Positions 41,069 through 54,379 of a DNA stretch of 64,000 bases are shown piece by piece. The stretch is from positions 51,770,001-51,834,000 of the forward strand of contig NC_043001.1 in assembly GCF_006345805.1 (NCBI RefSeq). The letters run 5' to 3'. Within the stretch, counting starts at the first letter, position 1. Each line of letters begins with the position of its first letter. The notes beneath the pieces were generated by a model. It was not told the origin of the DNA, made no database searches, and saw only the letters and a program-made list of their open reading frames with translations. Source of the DNA: Octopus sinensis (taxonomy: Eukaryota). Made by a program: the position numbers and the translations under genes.

Positions 41069-42299
41069 TACACATGACGTGCAATTAATGCATTTTCTTT
41101 CTGTACAACAGAATTAAATAAAATGATCCCTTCAAAGATTAAAGGGATAAAAAAAATGAAAGTAACTGTTGCCTGACATTCAGCTGACACTTTTTCTTTG
41201 CACTGTTATCATATTACAGCAGTGAAAATGAAATCCTTTCTACTGTAATAGACCTTAACTGTAGTGTAACTGAGATCAGAAGGCGAATTATCAGACATAA
41301 TTAAAACTGTAGCTGAAGCAAATCGAAAGACCTTATATTTGACAAAAGTAACAGGGCAAAATCATTAGTGCGCGAAACAAAGTACCTTGTGGTACATATA
41401 TATCAGTTATTTACATACTGTGTTCAAATCATGCTGAGGACAACATTGCCTTTCACCCAGAGGTCGATAAAGTAAAATACTAATCAAGTAATGAGGTCAA
41501 TTTAATCAGCAATTCCTTCCCCAAAAATTTTAGGTCGAGTGTATGATAGAAATAATTAGAGGCAGTGAACTGGTACAGTCGATAGAGCATCGGCGAAAAT
41601 GCCTTGTAATAAAGTTCAAACCCTTTCAAGGTCGATAAAATAGCATACCAGTCAAGTACTGGAGTCGAAGGTATCGATCAAAATTTTCATCCACATTTAC
41701 AATTACTACTCACTGCTGACTTGTTCAGACGTGTTTTCAAACCTCTCTTTGATGTCCTAGGTTTTAAGTTTAAACTGCTTGAAAGAATGTATATATTTTA
41801 AAAAATTTTATTACTATCAGGGAACTGGAAATCCGCCCATGCTTGGTCCTCAGGTGAAAAATTTGCTGTTAGTCAAATATATATTTCTTTTTCTGATGTT
41901 GTTCATATATATGTATAATATGAAGGAGTAATGCTCATAAATTTTTTTTAATTATCCTGAGGGTGGACGCATTTCCACGGAGTTTCAATATTCACGCAAA
42001 AGGGAATACTAACAAAAACATTTTGCAACAAAATACACACCCACTGCACGGGCAAAGTATTAACATTTCCTTCTACAATAATATTGTCTAGAGTGGTTCT
42101 AGATATAGGTTTTGAAAAACATCAAATGCTAATATATTACTGGTACACACAAGCTTGTAGCGTACACTTTTTCTTTATTTACCTATAAAAGGTGTACATA
42201 GAGGGACATTACAAAGGACGAACACTTAGATTTTTACAAAAACGTTTGGGTTGAGATGACATGAAAAATCGAAAAATTCAAAAATATCGAATGAAATGA

Positions 42300-43400
42300 T
42301 GAATATAAAAATATATACAAATAAAAATTAAGAATTAATGAAATAATGTTACGGGTGTTTTCCTTATCTAACCCACCCGTTTTTTTTTTCGTCCTGACCA
42401 GCTATGCTAGCATGGTCCCATTCATTCTCAACTTCCTTACTACAGACATCTATCTTTTCTCGAACGTACTTTGCGACAGACACTTTTTCTCCAGACGGAT
42501 CTTTCTCGACAGGTGGAAGTTGAAATTGCTTACCAATCCGCGTTCGAAGATAAAGTGACCTGTCACAATACCTTTCGCACATGTCGTCCATACCGTTTCT
42601 TTCAGTGTGTCTACTACGTAGAAAAACGATGCCTTCTTTTCCTTGTTGAAGGAAGAAGGCGGTACGATCTTAATCATGGACTCAGTCGAGAGCCGTACTC
42701 TTTCCGCATCCGACATCAGTTGTTCGACATAGGTTATCAACTCCCTCAACTCCTCACAGTGTACGAAGGCGTGCGCGACAATTTCATTGGCGCGCCCGCA
42801 CCTCAGACATGTGAGGGGGAGTATCAATACCGTGTCTAGACAACCTGTCTCGAACCGGTAAGGCCGATCGGTAGCACACGGATTTCTGGAAGTTATCCAG
42901 TTACCTCGGCTCGAATGTACCTCTGAACAGGTTGGTCATTTGCTCCTCATCGAAGTCCAGAGTCTCCCCCAGGACATCGTCAGACTTAGGCTCTACCAAC
43001 CCTCTATAAAAATCCGCAGTGGTAGCCCCGCTGCCGTTATTGCTCGCCCGAGAGAACAGAGTGAGTGCTTCTCTGCACTCCCTCTACCATTCTCCCATCC
43101 TAGGTCTCCGCTTGATCCATGTACCTAAGTCCCCGAGGGACTTCAGTTGTAGAAAAAGTCGCTTGGCATGCGGTGGTCACACCTGCTCACCATCCAGGTA
43201 GCACCAGAAATGTCTCAGCCTCAGCGCGTACTTGTACATCATCGACCAAGGCATCCCCAATCCACTCTTTAACGGTTTTTGACAGTAGATGGAGCGCCTC
43301 ACAAGTGGCATTTTCCCTTTCCACAAAAAGCGAAAATGGATCCGTTCCAACTTGGTCAGTCACAAACCGGGGCAAGGCACGACGGTTCCTCACTTTTCTT
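42300..43400 (-). mobile_element. L1/Tx1-clade LINE ORF2 C-terminal fragment
   Basis: ALPVRDRLSRHG followed by a CLRCGRANEIVAHAFVHC zinc knuckle, with stops and frameshifts. Confidence 0.75.
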
Positions 43401-43864
43401 TTCTGCGTCATAAGTTTTGTATATGATTGTCTTTTCTTTTTTTTGTTCCGTATTTTGCTTGGTGGTGTTATCTTGCTCTCACCGTTTTCTTCAGTAATCA
43501 TTCCATAATAGGCTTGTATGTCTTCCATTTTTAATGTGATAGTTTCACGTCCACTAACAGCGCGGCAAAATTCATTCTCTTTTTGTTTTGATCTTCTACA
43601 GAACACATTTTTATATTTTTTTTTAAATATTCAAAAATACAAAAACTTTTGTTTCAATAGGGGACGCGGTTCAAACCGCAAGCAGTAGCACAATTTATAT
43701 ATCCTTCCCCCTTGGAGGAGGATAACAGCTCATAATATAAATGCAGACAAAAATTTTAACAACGTTTCCCTTACGAGAAACCAACAAGCACAATGTAACA
43801 ATAAGCATGCAACAATTTAACAACTAACCTTCACGGTTAACACAAGCAAATTATCACGTAAGAA

Positions 43865-44875
43865 TGTGAGCGAGATGTAGCATACACTTGAGTGAAATTC
43901 CTCTCCTCTCTATTATATTATGCATATGAACGTAGTAGATAACAGTTAGCCTTTGGCCGCATTTTGGACCCTGTTGTGTCCACTACTCTGATTGGTTGGT
44001 ATTGGCGCAATTTGTCGCTTGCTCTATCGCGCGCCTATATGCAACCCAACCAATTGCAGCCTTCAATTATGGTCACTGTGACAGTCTGTTTTCTACCTCA
44101 GCTGACCCTACAACTCCTTATAAAAAACCTAACTTTTCCTCGCCTCGATGCCAGTTCCAGCGACAGCACAACAGCAGCCACGTGGGACTCACCAACTTCG
44201 TCCAACAGCATTTGGTAAGCTCCATCTCCGTCGCCACCATTTGTCCTAACATCAACATCTCTCTACGTACACATCACAACAAGCAACTCGTCATGGTTAC
44301 AACACTGCACTGTTCGCGAATTACTTCACCATGGATCAACAGCAAATATACAACCTACAAGAACTCCTGTACCAAGTGACCCAGGCAGCAGCATCACAGC
44401 CACAACTTCACGTACGACATGTACCGCAACCGGCTCTGCATCATCGCTGCAACTTCTTGATACAGTATTTCAACTATCGTGTACAATTGACTACGAAATG
44501 GTATTTATCATCCTTGTGTCTATGAACTTACTCCTCACTTTGATGGCTACAGACTCTTTCACTGTCTCTTCTTCATCGCCACCCTTATGGGTTCTTAACA
44601 CGCATACATCTATGCCTACATCAACACGCATACATATTACTCTTATGACGGCTTGTCTATTATTCTGTATATATGTCGCACACACAATCACACATGTTAA
44701 CATATCAATAAATCTTCTCTTAAACATTCTACCCGGTTGAGTCTCTTATTTTCCTCTGGCACGGATATACATTATTCTATTTATATTCATTGTATCGACC
44801 GTGTGATGTACTAAGGAGCCATTCCATTCTCATCACCTCGCTTCGCACGGACGTCACAAATCGGCGACCCGTTCC
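43865..44875 (+). mobile_element. LTR (about 994 bp) followed by PBS-like sequence
   Basis: TGTGA (43865)...TCACA (44858) termini, internal TATAAAA, then aa-tcggcgaccc, which resembles a TGGCGAC-type PBS. Confidence 0.6.
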
Positions 44876-44989
44876 AGCTCCTTGAAACTACAAAACAATT
44901 ATAATGGGAGAAGGAGATACTCCACAGGTATCTAAACCTTCAATTCCATTATAAGCTTTATCAAATGAAAGCAGCAATAGAAATGAAAG

Positions 44990-45560
44990 TGAAAGAATAG
45001 TATTGTTTCCGTAAAATGTGAGATGAATTATACAAGAGTATCTAAGAAAAGAATGAAACGGAGAAAATTAAGAAAAACTATTTCAGAAGTGTGAGACTAA
45101 TATCAAGAAAGTAACTCAATGTTAGAAATACGATAACCATGAATAAATATGCTAGCCATCTCAGCTACAGACTATAGCTTCAGTATAATAAAGCTACAAG
45201 TTAAATGAATTAAAGAGCTTAGAAAAATTAAGGAACTACTAAACAATGCTCCGAAACCTCTACCAAGCTAGTGTAGAAAGTATACAAAAAGAGACTGTCA
45301 GCTAAAAATTGTACAATCACAAGTTAAGGAAATGTGATAGGAAAATATTTGGAAGCGAATAAAGGGAAAATAGTTAGATAAATTGTGAAATATGAAGAAA
45401 AAATTAAAATCAAATAAATATAAAAAAAGGAAGATAAAAGCTTCTTTCAATAGATAAGAAAACAGTATAATACAAATTTAAAACTTAGGAGACTGAAGAA
45501 AAGGATTTAGATAAGGACAGAAGAGCAGTAAATGTTTAAAAAGAAAAGACAAAATTAAAA
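44990..45560 (+). mobile_element. Highly decayed Dong/R4-like RT fragment
   Basis: KIKKNYFRSVRLISRK*LNVRN parallels FKVEYLRRLRLILKSKLNGRN in the 38.9-kb element. Confidence 0.4.
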
Positions 45561-45769
45561 TAGTATTTAAAAACAGGAGGCAAGTTGTCAGGTACACTTT
45601 GAGATAACTTTGCCTTTTATCCTTTCTGAGGTCGATAAAAGAAAGAGTATCAGTCCAAGATAGTGGATTGAATGCTTAGCAGTATTTACTTTGGACCTAT
45701 GCATTCTTGGTTCAAATCTTACTAGGGTTTACATGGGTGGTGGACGTAATACATAGCTTGGTTTAATAA

Positions 45770-45985
45770 TCCTTTCTTCTATTGGCACAAATCCCGAAAT
45801 TTGTGGGGGAGGGGAACAAATTGATTATATCAACCCAGTGCTCAACTGGTACTTATTTTATCGATACAGAAATAATGGAAGGCAAAGTCGACCTCAGCGG
45901 AATTTGAACTCAGAACGTAAAGACGGACGAAACGCCACTAAGCATTTTGTCTGGCGTGTTAATGATTCTGTTAGCACGGCGCCCT
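45770..45985 (-). mobile_element. Family B SINE
   Basis: Matches family B. Confidence 0.75.
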
Positions 45986-46639
45986 CACTCGGTTTAATAC
46001 CGCTACTCGGTTCTTTGGATGCCTTGAACAGTCTACTCTGTTGCAAGTATTAGTACCAGGTCTCTCTTTTGAGAATACTTTCTTCTTTCCTTTGTCCAGT
46101 CAACCACGGAGGCCCTGTGAATAGCCGTGTTCACTGCTCTCCCTCTTAGCTAAAATGTAATACATACACATATGCACATACACACGCACACACGCATACA
46201 CACAAGCACACACTTACACCTGCACTCAACAAAAAATAGGGAGAAAAATGACACTGTGACCGATATTTCGCAAAACAGGACAGCAAAGAAGTAAGCTAAT
46301 GGTGAAAGCCAACAATGCCTCAAAAACTCTGAAATTAAGAGCAGGAAAACATGATCTAATTTTAAATGCACAGGGCCAAGGCCAAGGCCAAGCCAAATAA
46401 CTACAAATTCAAAATAATAGCAAAAAATAATGCCAGCATCAAGCGTAGAAGGTGCAACCGGGTGCCAGCTTATTGTCTGGGCCCAGGAAGATCGATTATA
46501 TCTTTACATCTTTTTACGAAAACTATTTTCTGGAGTTCCATGTACTTCACGTAGTAAGAAGAAAGAGGAATATGATTCTGGCGAGCGGGGGGAAAAATTT
46601 TCGAAAATTCAATTTTTAAAAATCCTTCTTACTAGATTT

Positions 46640-47030
46640 CTGAACTGCTAAGCTACAGGGATGTAAACACACCAACACTGATTGTCAAGCAGTAGTGAGG
46701 GACAAATACAGACAGAAACATAGACATACACAAACACACTCATACACACACATAAATACTCTCATATACACACACACACACTCTCATACACACATACACA
46801 CACATACATGCACTCATACACATACATACTCATACACACGCATAAATACACTCATACACACACATACACTCATACACAAACATACACGCTCATACTCACA
46901 GACACACACCCATGTATAGTATACGACGGGCTTCTTTCAGTTTCCGTCTATGAAATCCATTCGCAAAGCTCTGGTCGGCTTGAGGCTGTAGTGGAAGACA
47001 CTTGCCCAAGGTGTTACACAATGGAACTGA
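46640..47030 (-). mobile_element. Family A SINE with expanded compound (CA) tract
   Basis: Tail and head flank a compound microsatellite. Confidence 0.7.
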
Positions 47031-47805
47031 ATCGGGAAATTAAAGATACGATTTTTCTCAATCGATTCACATTCACAGATTCTTATAAACTTACAACTGG
47101 TCCCTGTTCTCCACAAAATTGAATTTATAAAAATCGTCTTTTTCTTTCTTTTGGTGGTGCTGGAATGCAAAATCGTAATCGCTAATGATGAAAATATTAG
47201 TCTGAACAAATTATTGAGAAAAGGAAAAGAAAAAAAGCGGGGAAAACTTTCAGTACGTCCGTGATCTTTCGAATTAGGTACATAAAATGATCGAGTAGCC
47301 ACACATGGTACTTCGGAGACATTTGTCGATTTTAAAATGTGTTCCTACTCCTCATCAGACAGAAACACAGACATACACAAACACACTCATACACACACAT
47401 AAATACTCTCATATACACACATACACTCATACACACACACACTCTCATACACACATACACACACATACATGCACTCATACACATACATACTCATACACAC
47501 GCATAAATACACTCATACACACACATACACTCATACACAAACATACACGCTCATACTCACACACACACACGTATGTATAGTATACGATCATATCTTAAGT
47601 AATCTTTTTATTCCAGTTTTGGTTCATTTTATCGACAGTAAATATCGAAGATAATTTTCTGTAGCTCAGTTTGTTATATTAGTTGGTCATCCATTTTATA
47701 TGTCAAAATCGAAAGATTACTTATTTCGTCAAAGCCAAATGCAGAAGTTTGCCAGGTCATCCAACTATCTGAATCACATACGCTACAGGGTTTCGTTGGA
47801 AGGTA

Positions 47806-47845
<40 letters not shown>

Positions 47846-47940
47846 GTGTGTGTGTGTGTATACATATATTCTCTCACTCTGTGATAGTTTCTAGTTCGAA
47901 TATATATATATATATATATATACCACACACATACACATAA

Positions 47941-48093
<153 letters not shown>

Positions 48094-49383
48094 TGCCTGC
48101 CGAAATCAACAATTTTCTTTACCGGAGACATCAATAAATTTCATGAATAGACTATTTGTCCTTATTTCATTGTTATTTACATTTTTCTCTCCCGTCTTTT
48201 GTATTTCATGACCAAGCAGGCAACACTAAAAGAGTTGACCTCTGGCCACGGGTCAGGAGCGGGCTTCAGTTCAATTTAAGAAACCCTTCATATAATTATA
48301 GCTGCAGCCTATGAACGATAGCAACATTCAACCTTACCTTTTGAAGCATGTCTAGATAAGGTTCTGGAGTTCATCCGTACATTGGGAACTAATCACACAC
48401 TTAATTCTTTTTCTATTAAGTTCCCATTAAATTTCTATTGTAACAAAGTTAGATCGGAAGATATATTATATTTAGTACATAAATATGCACGTACACGTTT
48501 GAAAATACACTCACACTCACAATGAGAGTGAGAGAGAATGTGATTAGGTTGGTAAATAGGTAAATAAGCGCGCACATTCGTATACATATATGCATACACA
48601 AAGAAGAAAAAAATTCAGACGAACATCGTGAGAGAAATAAAGAAAGAAAGAATGAGAACCGACGAAGAAATGAAGAGAATAATAGAAAGAAAAACATTGG
48701 TTGAGAAATAGGAAAAGATAGAGATATAGGTATATGTAGATAAGGTGGGTATAGTAATTGAAAAATCTGAATTGAGAGTGACCGACATATAGATAAGGAA
48801 AGAGTTATAGATAGAGATAGTGTATGATGGGTTGAGAAGAAGGTGGGAGAGCAGGTAGGTTTTTTTTCTAAAGGATCATTCTGAACCCTAACGTAGAAAT
48901 GCTAATATTATTTTCTTTTGAATTTACCAAGCATCCTATTTTTTATTGAGCAAAATGTAGACATTGAATAAATATATTACACACATACATGCATAAAGAC
49001 AGACATGTGTGCATGTATGTATATGTAATCACTTTACTTATTCTACCAATATCCGAATTTGCTTCCCAATCACATGGTTCCGGGTTCACTCCCTTGGGCA
49101 AGTGTCTTCTATTGCCACGGGCTAACCAAATCCTTGTGAGCGGATTTGGTAAACGGCAAATGAAAGAAACCCGTCATATATACATGTTGATTTGATCAAC
49201 TGAGAGCAATAGGATTCTATTTCTATATCAGGGTTGACTGATGAAAAGGGTCTAAGAGATCAGTTCATTCTCATTAATCTCTCAGTGGAACTGGTGAAGA
49301 CAACAGGCCGAGGATTTGTTTTACAATATGGAAAGATGTGGATTCACTTTCGGATCTTAGTTTTGCTATTTTGTAGATGTTCG

Positions 49384-49453
<70 letters not shown>

Positions 49454-49734
49454 CAACACACACACACACATACACACACGCGCGCACACACACACACACA
49501 TATATATGTATGTATGTGTGTGTGTGTGTCTGTATACACACAGATGCGCATGTGTACGCATAAATATATTTATACAAATGAATAAGACGAAGATCTTGGA
49601 CAGTGAATAAATAAATATATTGAACATGTGTATGTATGTAAGATTGTATGTAATTCCTCTTTTAGGTTTCTAACTCTACTCTAGAATTCTCTAGCACTAT
49701 TTCCTTACTAAATCTTCTTAACCCTTCTCTTTCC

Positions 49735-49866
49735 AGGCCAAACTAGAATCAGTTGTTAACGATTGCCCCCGTCAACTCCCGCATAACCTGTTCTGTAATC
49801 GGGTCTCTATAAATTTCGTGCGCCAGGAAAGACGCATTCAGTTTCCAGGAACCGGGTCCATCCCTA
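49735..49866 (-). pseudogene. L1/Tx1 ORF2 fragment
   Basis: GPGSWKLNASFL motif, the conserved segment after the endonuclease domain. Confidence 0.6.
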
Positions 49867-49870
49867 TGTA

Positions 49871-50180
49871 ATGAAAGTGCAAAGACTTCATAAATATTGT
49901 GTTGAGGCATCATTGGTAACATGTTCCAACAGAAGTCGTACAGTCCTAATTCCAAGAATTAAACTTAGCCCAAGGGATGCAAATATTCCATTCACACTAA
50001 ACAGACTTCAGTTTCCACTTCGACTTGCATATTCAATGACAATTTATAAGGGTCAAAGGCAAACATTTAAAGAAGTTGGAATACATTTGTCTCAACCGAT
50101 ATTTTCTCATGGCCAATTATATGTCTCATTCTCAAGAGCACGAGCTATGAACAATATCAAAGTAAAAGTTATGACATTCA
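49871..50180 (+). pseudogene. Helitron helicase C-terminal fragment
   Basis: IPRIKL..PFTLNRLQFPLRLAYSMTIYKGQRQTF..FSHGQLYVSFSRA. A candidate Helitron 3' end (hairpin ccgtgaa-ttt-ttcacgg, then CTAGT) lies at 51114-51141. Confidence 0.85.
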
Positions 50181-51673
50181 ATTGGGATAACAGATAGGGC
50201 CAAAAACGTGGTGTGACATACACACAAAATATTGTCTACCATGAAGTACTGTGAGGAAGACCACCGCACCAGCTAGCATCACCACCACACCAGCCACTCC
50301 ATCATTACACATCCACATTACACCTTTAAGATCGGGGAACCAGTTAGGGGCGCGCATACCAGCAAACCACATAATCGCACCAGCCAGCGTCACTACTACC
50401 TCCAAACCCGTCATATATATATCTATAGGTATGTATGTATGTATGTATGTATGTATGTATGTATGTATGTATGTATGATGTGTGTGTGTGTGTTGTGTGT
50501 GTGTGTGTGTGTATTTGTATCTGTGTCCTACCATCACCACCATTGCTTGAAAACCGATGTTGATGCGTTTGCATCCCTGTAATTTAGCTGTTCAGCAGAA
50601 GAGACTGATAGAATAAACACCAGGATTACAGGGAATAAGTCCAGGGTTCAATTTCTTCGACTAAAGGGTAGTGCTCCAGCATGGCCACCGTCAAATAACT
50701 GAAACAAGTAAAAGAATAAAAGAATACCAGAAAAACGTTCCGTACCACTAAACCAAGAAGGTCCTTTGAATATGTACGATGTGTGTTCAGGTTAAATCGT
50801 AATTCCGTATACGTTTGTGTAACTGAGATAGTTTGGTGGGATTATATAGTCATTGGTGTTACATTACTTTCTATATTCTGTAACTGTCACAATATACTTT
50901 TCTAGGCCTGAAATTTTTGTGGGGAGTGGGGCCAGTTGATTAGATTGACCGCGGTACACATCTGGTACTTAATTTATCGACCTCGAAAGGACCAAAGGTA
51001 AAGTCGACCTCGCAGAATTTGAACTCTGAACATAAAGACAGACGGTCATAACATGCAAACATTTCTCATGGCACCAGTACACTGTTTACAGATGCTTACA
51101 TTTTTTATATCTTCCGTGAATTTTTCACGGGTCCAGCTAGTTATTATTATTTGTAGTATTTACTTTTAATCTGCATGTTTGTTATAGTCACTTGCCGAGA
51201 CACCCAGCATCCTGGGGCGAGTGAAGGATAAGAGATGTTACAGTATGACTGAAAGTGACACTGGGGTATAAATATACGAAACCCAAGGTACCCCTTTGAT
51301 AAGGGTACACCAGGCACATGCGTCACAACCTTATGTGCATATGTCACCTTATATCAAAATAAACAGCCCCTGACCTTGCAGTTAGAATTTCCTTTACGTT
51401 GAATAGCCCATCTTGTTCAAAAAGGTCCATGAATGAGAGTTGATTAAGGATGATGAACGAAACATTCGTGTTTCCAGGAATGAATTATTCAAACCCCAAA
51501 GAGCCACTCTCAACACATGGCTATGGTGTTCCTCTACTGCTCTTGCTCATCAGAGGTGCATATATCGTCAACCACTAAGGGACATACTCAACTATTTAAG
51601 GCTAAGCAAGTGACTAGCAAATCTGTTGTATGGTATTTTACACTAATACAAAACATGTCAACAAAAACATGTA

Positions 51674-51891
51674 CGTGGAGATGCTGAAAAAGTTTCCTGG
51701 TTTCGGGTAAAATAAAATACAGGAGGATCAGTTATGATTTTATCTAACGTATATTCCCCTCTCAGATTCACACATTTATTGCAGCGGTCCTTCAGTTTTT
51801 CTAAGCCCTGTAAAAAGAACTCGGAGGGTTGGGCCTCCATACTGGCCTTTCGCGATACCTTAAAGGCTAGGAACTTTTCAGATTCGCCTCG
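51674..51891 (-). mobile_element. Mariner-derived MITE inserted in a family C copy
   Basis: TA-flanked imperfect TIRs; retains the transposase end FFLQGLEKLKDRCNKCVNLRGEY. Confidence 0.75.
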
Positions 51892-51945
51892 TACACGATG
51901 ACACTGCCAATCAGTTAAGATGACAAGCCACTACTGCCGCTGCAG

Positions 51946-52310
51946 GCGAGTTCCTATCGATCACTAGGTGCACGTCGATAGTTCTCAAGTGCGTGTAGTA
52001 ATGTCTTTGGGTGATATAGAACTGTATCCGTGTAATACATAAGTTTAGCTTTATTGTGCGATGTGTTTTGTTGTTCCTGGTGTTATTTCAGTGCTTCGCT
52101 TCAAGTGTTTGACTAGATTTATGTGAAAAAGTATAGTCTGGTGAATGTATAGAATATGCATTGTTGTTATTAGCGGATGTCTATTATTCAAAAGTATGCA
52201 TTGTGTTATTCTACAGGGTGGTGGTGATTGCGTGAGGTATGTGTAAAGAGTGCATTGTCGCTGTTTGAATTGTTTGTTATTGAATTGAAAGTGCTTCGCG
52301 TAGGATGGGG
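51946..52310 (-). mobile_element. Dong/R4-like 3' end
   Basis: ILREALSIQ* parallels the ORF end of the 37155-37466 element. Confidence 0.5.
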
Positions 52311-52418
52311 TTGTACTAAGATCGAGATATTTAAACTATGTAACTTTGAGAACTCTGAAGTATCAGAATGCCTGTGGACTCAATCGTGTTCGTTGATATA
52401 CTGGCAAGGACTGAACAA

Positions 52419-52461
<43 letters not shown>

Positions 52462-52529
52462 TATTATTATTATTATTGAATGAGAGAGCAGTGCATGCCA
52501 TCATCATCATCATCATCATCATTATTATT

Positions 52530-53082
52530 GAGTGAGAGAGCAGTGCATGCCATCAATGTGACACTGGTGTAAAATATACGAAGCCCAGTATATCCATCAT
52601 GACTACCCGTCTGATAAGGATACACTAGGTACATGCATCACAACCATATGAGCGCAACATGGTGATCACATATCAAGATAAACAGCGCATGACCTTGCAG
52701 GTGGGGCGCAGTTAGAATTTTCTCCTGGTCGAGTAGCCCATCCCGCTCAAAAGATCCCTGAATAAGGGTTGTTCAAGGATGTTGAACGAAACACCCATGT
52801 TTCCAGAGGTGAATTATTCAAACCTCAAAGAATTCCTCTCAACACATGGCTATGATGCTCCCCCACTACATCTGCTCATGATCAGAGATGCAAATATCGC
52901 CAGCCATTAATGGACATGTTCAACTGGTTGAGGTCAAAGAACTGACAAGCAAATCTATGGTATTGAGCAGAATATTTGCTGTAGCCCATCTTTTATACCA
53001 AGGCAATGTACATGATAACACTTCCAATCAGTTAAGATCAGAAGCCACGAGAGCTACTGCCTGGTACTGCATCAGGGCATTT
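52530..53082 (-). mobile_element. Complete family C element
   Basis: Most complete copy, between a TTA array and a CTT/TTA array. Confidence 0.75.
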
Positions 53083-53087
53083 AATAT

Positions 53088-53301
53088 TCTTCTGCTGCTG
53101 CTGCTTCTTCTTCTTCTTCTTCTTCTTCTTCTTCTTCTTCTTCTTCTTCTTCTTCTTCTTCTTCTTCCTCCTCCTTCCTCTTCCTCCTCCTTCTTCTTAT
53201 GATTATTATTATTATTATTTATTATTATTATTGTTGTTGTTTTTTTGTTGTTGTTGTTATTATTATTATTGTTGTTGTTTTTTTTGTTGTTGTTGTTGTT
53301 G

Positions 53302-53372
<71 letters not shown>
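53088..53372. repeat. Compound (CTG)(CTT)(TTA)(TTG) microsatellite
   Basis: Direct inspection. Confidence 0.9.
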
Positions 53373-53374
53373 TA

Positions 53375-53610
53375 AGGCGGTGAGCTGGGAGAATAAGGCG
53401 GCGAGCTGGCAGTATCGTCAGCACACTAGACGAAATGCTTAGTGGTATTTTGCCCATCGCTACGTTCTGAGTTCAAATACCGCCGTATTCGATTTTGCCT
53501 TACATCCCTTCAAGGTCGATAAAATAAAATACCTGTCAAACACTGAGGCCGATACAACTGACATCCCCTCCCCTCAAAATTGCCGGCCTTGAATCAAAAT
53601 TAGAAAGAAC
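53375..53610 (+). mobile_element. Family B SINE
   Basis: Matches family B. Confidence 0.75.
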
Positions 53611-53903
53611 TATTGTCATTGTTATTGCTAAATCAAAGACTTTGCTAGTGGGAGACGGAAGGTAAAGTTGTTGTTGTTTATTTAAATGAATTCTCAAATA
53701 TTTCGCAAATTCTCACAAAGTCAACAGTGGCAATAATAGAATAGATAACACCTGTTACTAAAGTGATAATTTACACAATTTGATTGAATTGCATAACGTA
53801 CACACACACACACACACGCATGTATGTATGTAATTGTTATGTAAATATATATATCCTCACTACACCACACGACTTTACACATCACATCATATATGATGTG
53901 CCA

Positions 53904-54302
53904 TACTAATACATACACCAACTAATACATACTAATACGTACTAATACATACTAATACATACTAATACATACTAATACATACACCAACCCTATACATACA
54001 CACGTCCAGACCCCTCATACGCACTTATACTCTCTCATACACACACACACACACTTATACATACTAATACGTACTAATACATACTAATACATACTAATAC
54101 ATACACCAACCCCATACATACGCACGTCCAGACCAATCCTACGCACTAATACTCTCTCATACACACACACACACACACACACACACCCTTATACATACTA
54201 ATACATACACCAACCCTATACATACACACGTCCAGACCCCTCCTACGCACTATTAGCTGGTCCTTCAACCCTATTATCAACCCTATTATCAACCCTATTA
54301 TC
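53904..54302. repeat. 10-bp minisatellite (ACTAATACAT) inside a roughly 120-bp higher-order repeat
   Basis: Three larger units, each containing acaccaaccc..cacgtccagac. Confidence 0.8.
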
Positions 54303-54379
54303 TCCCCTTATTTCGCTCTCGCGTCTCATGTTTGATCTTTGACCTCTGGCCGAAATCAGATCGCCATGTTGATTCGTTA

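Noticed and set aside
53030-53082. Resemblance of the family C end (cctggtactgca) to U2 snRNA
   Set aside because: The match is too short to support homology.
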